This document shows positions 18,455 to 25,551 of a stretch of DNA of 32,000 bases, piece after piece (position 1 is the first letter of the stretch; each line of letters opens with the position of its first letter). Position numbers and translations under genes: made by a program. The DNA comes from Desulfocapsa sulfexigens DSM 10523 (GTDB taxonomy: Bacteria > Desulfobacterota > Desulfobulbia > Desulfobulbales > Desulfocapsaceae). The stretch covers positions 3,090,001 to 3,122,000 of the forward strand of contig NC_020304.1 in NCBI RefSeq assembly GCF_000341395.1, given 5' to 3'. The notes below the pieces were generated by a model that was not told the origin of the DNA, ran no database searches, and worked only from the letters and a program-made list of their open reading frames with translations.

Positions 18455-20695
18455 TTAAGCTGGAATATCCAGAACCTTTCCATTTTTGATCAATTTAACA
18501 AAGTTATTTCTCATTCCGTGACATCCGGTTTCAGGGTCAACAGCCAGTTTGGTGATAAGAGAAGTGTCATCTACACCAGCGCCAACACCTATTGTCATAA
18601 GTGGATTGGCACTACCAAAACCGTGGTACATATAAACACAGTCTTTTCTGATACCGGCAGTGACTTTCACTGTGGTGGTGGTAGCGGATTCAACTCCCTC
18701 ACTGTTTACAAAACCAACAGTATCGCCATCAATGAGACCAATTTTCGCGGCAACCTCATCATTCACCCAAACAGGGTTGTCAGGCATGGCATTGTGGAGC
18801 CATACGTTATTCTGACTTCTGTTGAAGGTATGAACAGGGGCACGTCCGTACAACAGTCTGGCAAATCCCTTTGGATTGTCAGGGACTGGTATATAGGTTG
18901 GTGCTCCCGGATGTCCGGTATCAGCGATATCTTCGTTGAAAAGACGGACTTCAAATTCTTCCGGGATTCCGTATGGGTCTTTGCCTGGCTGAATATGGAT
19001 GCCATCTTCAGCTTTCAGTTTCTCAATTGAGAGATTTACAGTGGCCAGGTTCTTGTCAACCATTTCTTCCATGGTTTTTACAGGAATTTTAGCCTCGTGG
19101 CCCATGCGTTTGGCAATTTCATTGGTGATGTAGATCTGATCCTTACGTTCAAACATAGGTGGAACGAGAGGCATACGGGCAGAAATGTACTGCTGATGCT
19201 CCTTGGAGAGATCCCATTGTGTTCCAGTCTTGATATAATCGTAACGCTCAAGATAACTTGCTTCAGGCAAGAGAATGTCAGCCCACGCAGTTACGTCAGT
19301 TGGCATAACATCAACACACATGACGAAATCCATGGCGTTGAAGAGATCTTTCATCATCTGCTGATTTGGGATGGTCTGCATTGGGTTCTGACCCCACACA
19401 ACACAGCTTTTGATTGGGTAGGGTTTGCCTGAAATAGCACAGTCCCGAATGAGGTCGGTTGGGGTTCCAGGGGGATTGTAAGGATAAACCTTTTCGTCCT
19501 CATGATGATCATAATTGAGATCATACTTATGACCATGATCCTCTTTCTTCCAGCTTACACCGCCTACCTTTGGTCCTTTTGCTGGAACCCAGCCACCTTT
19601 TACATAGTAGGCGCCAAGAATTCCGGTGAGACAGGCAAGTGCACGCTCGCGTTGGAAGTCATTTCCATGCCATGAAACGTGACGGCCTGGATGGATTGCG
19701 ACATTTGGCGCATTGGCTGCAAGCATCTCAGCAACTTCTTTGATCTGAGCAGCTGGAATATCACATTCCTTTGCAGCTTTTTCTAAGGTCCATTCTTTTA
19801 TTGATTCAGCAAACTGCTCAAAGCCATCGGTATGATCTTCAACAAACTCCTTGTCATACTTATCGTTCTGTACCAGGTAATTCATGATGGCAAGCATGTA
19901 GGCAGTGTCTGTGCCAGGTTTGATCTGAACCCAGATGTCAGCCTTTGCAGCAGAAGCTGAAAAACGAGGATCAGCAACAATCAGCTTAGCTCCATTTTGC
20001 AAACCTTGAATGTACTGTTTGATGTGAGAAACATGAATGTTTTCACCAAGATGGTCTCCAATAAAAAAGAGAACTTTGGTGTTTGGCATATCAATTTTTT
20101 CACCGGGGGCTTTGCCAATGGTGGCAACGTATGCGGTGTCACGAATACCGCGACACTGAAAAAAAGAAGCCTCGGAGACATTGTGAGTTCCTACGGCACG
20201 CTCAAAATAGTGCATGGGGTATTTTGCTGAAGCACCATGTGGAAAAACACAGATACCTTGAGCACCATATTGATCAACGGTATTTTTCAGCTTGGAGCCA
20301 CATTCATCAAGTGCCTCTTTCCAGGAAATACGTTTCCACTTCGGGGCACCACGCTTTCCGACGTTTTTCATTGGGTACTTCAAACGGTCCACATCATAAA
20401 GCAGTTTAACACCTGCATTACCACGAGCACATATAGCAGTGCCGTTATCAATGGATTTTGGGTTTCCTTCGAGCTTCATCAGGCGGCCGTCACGAACTTT
20501 ACCGACCAGCTGACAACGCCAGAAACACATTTCGCAGATCCCACCCACAACGGTTTGATCGCCAGCAGTACCCGGTGTGTCGAGTGCTGATTTGGTGACA
20601 CCGGTGCTAGCGGAAACAACCTTCGACAGAGGTACCGAGGCTGCTGCCAGGGTTGCCGTCTGAAGGAATTTACGCCTCGTTAGGTTGAAAGCCAT
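18455..20695 (-). CDS. TAT-exported molybdopterin-dependent oxidoreductase catalytic subunit (polysulfide/thiosulfate reductase-like; substrate unassigned)
   Basis: TAT signal 'LTRRKFLQTATLAAASV', N-terminal cluster 'CEMCFWRCQLVGKVRDGRLMKLEGNP...CARG', MGD-binding regions, C-terminal molydopterin dinucleotide-binding domain. ATG 20695 preferred over the ORF-track start at 20725. Confidence 0.92.
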   Translation of the reverse strand: MAFNLTRRKFLQTATLAAASVPLSKVVSASTGVTKSALDTPGTAGDQTVVGGICEMCFWRCQLVGKVRDGRLMKLEGNPKSIDNGTAICARGNAGVKLLYDVDRLKYPMKNVGKRGAPKWKRISWKEALDECGSKLKNTVDQYGAQGICVFPHGASAKYPMHYFERAVGTHNVSEASFFQCRGIRDTAYVATIGKAPGEKIDMPNTKVLFFIGDHLGENIHVSHIKQYIQGLQNGAKLIVADPRFSASAAKADIWVQIKPGTDTAYMLAIMNYLVQNDKYDKEFVEDHTDGFEQFAESIKEWTLEKAAKECDIPAAQIKEVAEMLAANAPNVAIHPGRHVSWHGNDFQRERALACLTGILGAYYVKGGWVPAKGPKVGGVSWKKEDHGHKYDLNYDHHEDEKVYPYNPPGTPTDLIRDCAISGKPYPIKSCVVWGQNPMQTIPNQQMMKDLFNAMDFVMCVDVMPTDVTAWADILLPEASYLERYDYIKTGTQWDLSKEHQQYISARMPLVPPMFERKDQIYITNEIAKRMGHEAKIPVKTMEEMVDKNLATVNLSIEKLKAEDGIHIQPGKDPYGIPEEFEVRLFNEDIADTGHPGAPTYIPVPDNPKGFARLLYGRAPVHTFNRSQNNVWLHNAMPDNPVWVNDEVAAKIGLIDGDTVGFVNSEGVESATTTTVKVTAGIRKDCVYMYHGFGSANPLMTIGVGAGVDDTSLITKLAVDPETGCHGMRNNFVKLIKNGKVLDIPA

Positions 20696-21260
20696 CTTTG
20701 TCTTCCTCCTTAGTAAAAAAATCAATTAATTGTACAACCACCCTATAAAATGGATGGTGAGCTCCTTTCGTTACCCTGGGGTGAAACTTTTTGTACCAGG
20801 GGCGAAACAGTTTTTTCAAGAACTCCTCTTCTCCGGAGAAGTCGTTTTCTTCGGCAAGAAGTGACAGGAATTCAAGTTCATGAATTAAATGGTCGGGCAG
20901 ATCAGCGCTTTTATCCATTTCAAAGCCTTTGGTATGGTAAAAGGCGAGAGTGTCGCCGGCAAATGTTCCCTGTAAAGATTGGTCCATGTATACGGATCCG
21001 TAAGGGGGTGCAACGACGTGAGGGACTCCATTGATAAAGAGTCTGGTATATTCGACCTGAAGGTCTTCGATTGCATCATCTGTATTGTCAATTGCTTTTT
21101 TGATGGCGATACCATCTTCAACGGCGTCTAAGGTTCCTAGAAAATTGTAGAGGACATTGAAGAATTCATCATTCATCCATTCTTGATCAGGGTACTGCAT
21201 GCACTGAGCAAGGAAACGGTAGACCCGGGCGATATCATTGGAAGGTTCAGTATCTAACAT
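20670..21260 (-). CDS. TorD/DmsD-family molybdoenzyme maturation chaperone
   Basis: 'YRFLAQCMQYPDQEW...DLQVEYTRLFINGVPHVVAPPYGSVYMDQ...DLPDHLIHELEFLSLLAEE'; immediately upstream of the molybdoenzyme gene. Confidence 0.87.
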   Translation of the reverse strand: MLDTEPSNDIARVYRFLAQCMQYPDQEWMNDEFFNVLYNFLGTLDAVEDGIAIKKAIDNTDDAIEDLQVEYTRLFINGVPHVVAPPYGSVYMDQSLQGTFAGDTLAFYHTKGFEMDKSADLPDHLIHELEFLSLLAEENDFSGEEEFLKKLFRPWYKKFHPRVTKGAHHPFYRVVVQLIDFFTKEEDKDGFQPNEA

Positions 21261-21657
21261 GAGTTGTTATATTAAAAGCAGTAGTGTCAAAATAACCTGG
21301 TCTTGAAGAGTTATGTTGCATTAGAGAAACAGTGGTTTCATTCTTCAACTGTAATTGTCACAAAGTAGTGCCTAGCATAGCCACATGGAACTATCTTGTC
21401 AACGAATTGCTGCCCACTAGGCTTGAAAAAACAGGTAGTTGAGAATGATTTGCAATCCTGTGCCATCTGGTACCCTTAATTTTCTGTAAAAATTCATAAA
21501 AAACCTTCCAGTTACAAAGCCTGAAGTAAAGAACTTTCTAAACCTCAATGAGGAGGTTTGTAAAGTAAAATTGTCATGATTGGCGTATCTTGCCAGACTG
21601 TCAATGTGCGATATTTAAATAAAATCATACTTACAAGGTGATGAGGCCTTCTGGACC

Positions 21658-21699
21658 GGTGCAAAATAAATTGCTATCTGGTGCAAAAAAGTTTGCTAT
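21658..21699. promoter_or_regulatory. Two imperfect direct repeats, candidate tandem operator
   Basis: GGTGCAAAATAAATTGCTAT (21658-21677) and GGTGCAAAAAAGTTTGCTAT (21680-21699): 17/20 identical, start spacing 22 bp, each with internal GCAA...TTGC dyad symmetry. Confidence 0.45.
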
Positions 21700-21798
21700 T
21701 ATTTTTGTCATATGTTAGCAATTACACATAAGGGAATAAATGTAGTACTCAGGGCCTGGCAGGGTGGTTTTTGAAATATTTTGAAAGGGAGATTAAAA

Positions 21799-22161
21799 AT
21801 GAAAGGAAAAACAATTTGTTTTGCACTGGGGCTGATAACAATTTTGATTTCGGCGAATTCATTGATAGCAGAAGTTGTAGTAGATCCCACGTATTCAGAA
21901 ATTGATGGTGTTTATTTTTCTGATCCCTCTGTCAACTGTATTGAACTCAAAAACTCTGAGGCCTGCGAGATGTTTAAGGCTGAGGAAATTTATTCCTCAA
22001 GGGATGGAATTTCCTATTCAGATTGTACCATAGAATGTGAGGATATGCTTGAGAGTGATGCATGTTTCAGTTTTCGTGACACCTATCCATGTCCTGGGGA
22101 TTCAGATTCCCTAGTTGCCTCTTTGAGCTCTTTGGAAGACGAAAATCAAACTACAAATTGA
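21799..22161 (+). CDS. Small secreted Cys-containing protein, 120 aa
   Basis: Signal peptide 'MKGKTICFALGLITILISANSLIAE', then an acidic mature region with six Cys. SD AGGGAG upstream of ATG 21799. Confidence 0.75.
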   Translation: MKGKTICFALGLITILISANSLIAEVVVDPTYSEIDGVYFSDPSVNCIELKNSEACEMFKAEEIYSSRDGISYSDCTIECEDMLESDACFSFRDTYPCPGDSDSLVASLSSLEDENQTTN

Positions 22162-22216
22162 GAACAAGTTTGTCATACTACTGCGACAATGTATAAAAAA
22201 TTCTGGGGAGAATAAA

Positions 22217-22633
22217 ATGACTCGAAAAAACATGTTAGTACTTACAGGGCTAGTGATTTTCACTTTTACAACTTGTCTTGCTTTTGCAGCAGAGGATGAG
22301 TGGAGTGATTATGACCCATGTGGCTGGAATGTTGAGAATGAAGGAGTTGGAACAGAGGATGTCGCAGAACTTCAGTGGACGGATTATGACCCTTGTGGTT
22401 GGAATGTTGAGGAAGCTGTGGATGGTTCTGTAGAAGTTGCTGAGCTTGAATGGACAGATTACGATCCATGTGGTTGGAATGTTGAGAATGAAGGAGTTGG
22501 AACAGAGGTTGTCGCAGAACTTCAGTGGACAGATTATGACCCCTGTGGCTGGAATGTTGAAGATGATACCATGAAGTCTGAGGTTGTCGAGGTGTTTGCT
22601 GCTGATACTATGGTAACGGGCTATATGAACTGA
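22217..22633 (+). CDS. Secreted protein with 25-aa tandem repeats containing DYDPCGWNVE
   Basis: Signal peptide 'MTRKNMLVLTGLVIFTFTTCLAFAA', then repeats W[ST]DYDPCGWNVE... starting at residues 29, 54, 79 and 104. Confidence 0.85.
   Translation: MTRKNMLVLTGLVIFTFTTCLAFAAEDEWSDYDPCGWNVENEGVGTEDVAELQWTDYDPCGWNVEEAVDGSVEVAELEWTDYDPCGWNVENEGVGTEVVAELQWTDYDPCGWNVEDDTMKSEVVEVFAADTMVTGYMN
22301..22600 (+). repeat. Four in-phase 75-nt tandem repeats within the 22217-22633 CDS
   Basis: Units at 22301-22375, 22376-22450, 22451-22525 and 22526-22600. Units 1 and 3 are nearly identical; unit 4 diverges after NVE. Confidence 0.9.
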
Positions 22634-22666
22634 TCACCTGTATTTATTATTGACCCTGTTCACATT

Positions 22667-22740
22667 CGGGATATCTGTTTTGTGCGTAGCTCCAGCCCTA
22701 AGTAACGGAGCTGGTCTCAAGAACAGTATCCCGTTTTTTT
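22667..22740 (+). terminator. Nested-hairpin intrinsic terminator downstream of the repeat protein
   Basis: Outer CGGGATA(T)CTGTT / AACAGTATCCCG with one bulge, inner AGCTCC / GGAGCT, then TTTTTTT. Confidence 0.75.
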
Positions 22741-22819
22741 ATGGCATGCTGGTGAGTAGTGCAACTGTGCTTGTTTGAGTAAGAGGAAATGTGGTTTTAT
22801 GTATGCTTCAGCCATGGTT

Positions 22820-24214
22820 TTAGTATGCTGATTTGTCAATAGTAATATTATGTTTTTTAAGGTGCTTCCAAAGAGTAACTCTGGAAATACCGAGAATCCT
22901 GGCGGCCTCTGATTTGTTTCCATTGGCAGCTTTAATGGCTTGCAGCAATTGTTCCCGTCGATTTTGGGATGTGCTGATTTGTGGGGTTCCAAAATGTCCC
23001 GCAGGTTGATTGTCTTTCTGAAATTGCTGAGGAAGGTGTTTAGGGGTAATTTCATCCTCGGGGCATATTACAAAAGTATATTCTATAACATTAATCAGTT
23101 CACGAATGTTTCCTGGCCAGTGATAGTCTACTAAAAGATCAAGGGCATCTTTTCGGATAGTAGTTATATCTTTTTCTATTTTAAGGTTGGCATTGTCGAT
23201 GAATGTTTTAACCAGAAGAGGAATGTCTTCCGGATGGTTTCTCAGTGGGGGGATAGTTATTGGGATAACGCCAATCCTGTAAAAGAGATCTTCCCTGAAT
23301 TTATGCTCAAGCATGAGAGTGTTCAGGTTTTTGTTGGTTGCTGAAATCACACGAACATCTATGGAAATTGGTTGATGGTCTCCAACACGTTCAACTTCCT
23401 GTTCCTGAAGAACTCGCAGGAGTTTGGTTTGCATGCTAAGAGGGAGATCACCGATTTCATCAAGAAAAATTGAACCTTTGTTCGCTGCCTCAAACCGTCC
23501 AGTTCTATCCCTGTCTGCACCCGTAAAGGCCCCTTTAGTATGGCCAAAAAGCTCACTTTCAAGAATGTTTTCGTTTAATGCGGCGCAGTTCACCTTGATA
23601 AAAGGAGATTTTGCGCGTCTGCTCAGCTTGTGGATTGCGCTGGCAACCAACTCTTTTCCTGTGCCACTTTCTCCATAAATAATAATTGGAGCATTGGACA
23701 AAGCTGCACTTTTAATGAGTTCGTACACCTGCTGCATGGTGGAACTGTTTCCAATAAGACCATGAAAGCTGTTACCACGATTAAGTTCTCTGCGGAGATC
23801 ACAGATCTCCTTTTCTTTGTCGATAACTGCAGTGAGGTCAGTGAGGGTCTCGACACCGGCTACGGTAACGCCACTTTTGTCAGTCAGAACCGTTGCATTT
23901 TTCAGGACTTCAACACGGGTACCATTCTTTTGCTTGAAAGAGCAGTGCAGGTCACTCACGTCTCCCTTTCTGAAGAGACTGCATCGTCTTTCCTTGTCCA
24001 CGACATCATGGCCGAAGCAATTGTCGCACTCCAGTATATCACAGGGTTGTCCAAGAAGTTCTTCTCTGCTGTAGTGGAGAAGATCTTCCAGTGCCCTGTT
24101 GACATACAGAATATTTCCCTGAACATCAACGAGCATGAGTCCTTCCTTCATTTTATCTACAACGTCTTTCCAGTTATCACAGAAGTAATCTTTAATCTTT
24201 TCTTTCTGTATCAT
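22820..24214 (-). CDS. PAS domain-containing sigma54-dependent transcriptional activator, Fis-type HTH
   Basis: PAS 'GLMLVDVQGNILYVNRALEDLL', AAA+ 'GESGTGKELVASAIH', 'ELFGHTKGAFTGADRDRTGRFEAANKGSIFLDEIGDL', HTH 'GNKSEAARILGISRVTLWKHLK'. Confidence 0.95.
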   Translation of the reverse strand: MIQKEKIKDYFCDNWKDVVDKMKEGLMLVDVQGNILYVNRALEDLLHYSREELLGQPCDILECDNCFGHDVVDKERRCSLFRKGDVSDLHCSFKQKNGTRVEVLKNATVLTDKSGVTVAGVETLTDLTAVIDKEKEICDLRRELNRGNSFHGLIGNSSTMQQVYELIKSAALSNAPIIIYGESGTGKELVASAIHKLSRRAKSPFIKVNCAALNENILESELFGHTKGAFTGADRDRTGRFEAANKGSIFLDEIGDLPLSMQTKLLRVLQEQEVERVGDHQPISIDVRVISATNKNLNTLMLEHKFREDLFYRIGVIPITIPPLRNHPEDIPLLVKTFIDNANLKIEKDITTIRKDALDLLVDYHWPGNIRELINVIEYTFVICPEDEITPKHLPQQFQKDNQPAGHFGTPQISTSQNRREQLLQAIKAANGNKSEAARILGISRVTLWKHLKKHNITIDKSAY

Positions 24215-24460
24215 AGGGCGATGGTAAGCTCTTTTGGAGTGTTAAAATTCTGTTAAGTTGTTAAGGGAGGTTAACAGAAAAAAAATATTATAGCCATTGA
24301 TAAGTGTTGTTTGTCGTATTGTCGTTCAGCTTGTTCTGTTCTAAATAATAGGGTGTCTCTGTTTGCCTGGAGTTTTCCTTCGTTTCCAGATAAATGAATA
24401 AATGCTTAACAAGGTGCTGCTGTAAAAAAAAAGTTTCTATTTGCCAGGTAGTATGAAAAA

Positions 24461-25396
24461 TCAATCACTTGACAGTGATTCGATATAATCCTGCAAGGCT
24501 GTATAGCTGTTGCAACTATGAATTGATTTTCTGATTTGTGAACTTCCTGAAAATTCAGAGAAGTAGCGTCCAGTGTGGTTTCGTATATAGGCAAGAGCCT
24601 TGTTGGTATCAAGATATTCCGCCATGAGCTCCAGGTGTCTTTTAACCGTTGGGATGATAGCATCCAAAAAACTGGGTCTGCCATCAATTTGAAACACCCA
24701 TGGATTACCAAGTGCAGCACGTCCAATCATGATCCCGTCACAACCTGTTTCGTCCATTCTTAAAAGACCTTCCTTATAGCTATGAACATCTCCATTTCCG
24801 ATCACAGGAATGGAAACGGTGTCCTTTACTTGGCGAATAATGTTCCAGTCGGCGCTACCTGAAAACGCCTGGGCCCATGTCCGCCCATGAACAGTAATGG
24901 CTGCAACACCCGAGCTTTCACACATCTTTGCAAAATCGATGGCCGTTATGTGACCATTGTCAATACCAGCCCTTGTTTTTACCGTTACAGGTACCGTCGA
25001 ATGGGCTATCACCGCCTGAATAATTTTTTCTGCAAGGGGAATGTCTTTCATAAGTGCTGAACCAGCCCCTTTTTTTGTGACTTTGCGAACGGGGCATCCC
25101 ATATTTATATCTATAAACGATGGTGAGTGTTCACATAGCAAGGCAGCGGCCTTTCCCATAATAACAGGGTCGGAACCGAAGAGTTGAAAGGATACTGGTC
25201 GCTCGGCAACAGAGGATGCAAGCATTTGGAAGGTTTTTTTTTGGCCGTAAATCAATCCATGACAACTTATCATCTCAGAGACGACTAAGCCAGCTCCATA
25301 TTCACGACAGAGCAGCCTGAATGGCAGGTCTGAATAGCCGGCAAGTGGGGCCAGGATGAAAGGGGAATTTAAAGTGGTTTTTCCAATGCGTAACAT
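24461..25396 (-). CDS. dusB: tRNA-dihydrouridine synthase (DusB-type)
   Basis: 'LAPLAGYSDLPFRLLCREYGAGLVVSEMIS', 'DINMGCPVRKVTKKGAGSALM', 'ITVHGRTWAQAFSGSADW', 'IPVIGNGDV'. Confidence 0.9.
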   Translation of the reverse strand: MLRIGKTTLNSPFILAPLAGYSDLPFRLLCREYGAGLVVSEMISCHGLIYGQKKTFQMLASSVAERPVSFQLFGSDPVIMGKAAALLCEHSPSFIDINMGCPVRKVTKKGAGSALMKDIPLAEKIIQAVIAHSTVPVTVKTRAGIDNGHITAIDFAKMCESSGVAAITVHGRTWAQAFSGSADWNIIRQVKDTVSIPVIGNGDVHSYKEGLLRMDETGCDGIMIGRAALGNPWVFQIDGRPSFLDAIIPTVKRHLELMAEYLDTNKALAYIRNHTGRYFSEFSGSSQIRKSIHSCNSYTALQDYIESLSSD

Positions 25397-25551
25397 TTTT
25401 TTTACAGCTGATTTTTTTTTGTAAACGAGTTAGTATTGCGGGGTTTTATGATTCATTTTGTAACATTTTGATATCGTTATTATAATAAGTGTTTGTATTT
25501 ATTCCTGTCATTCGAATTGGCAGATTACCCTAATATTTCATGGAGACTCAA

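Noticed and set aside
20083-20409. 108-aa plus-strand ORF and neighbouring plus-strand ORFs 19997-20590
   Set aside because: Antisense to the molybdopterin oxidoreductase CDS; no coding support.
21754-21770. Possible sigma54 promoter CTGGCAGGGTGGTTTTT before the secreted-protein locus
   Set aside because: TGGCA is present but there is no GC dinucleotide at the required position.
22266-22469. 67-aa minus-strand ORF with repeated SHMGHN motifs
   Set aside because: It is the antisense shadow of the 75-nt repeats in 22217-22633; the plus-strand ORF has a signal peptide and plausible start.
22301-22600. Repeat array considered as a CRISPR-like array
   Set aside because: Units are directly adjacent 75-nt coding repeats in one reading frame without spacers, and no cas genes are present.
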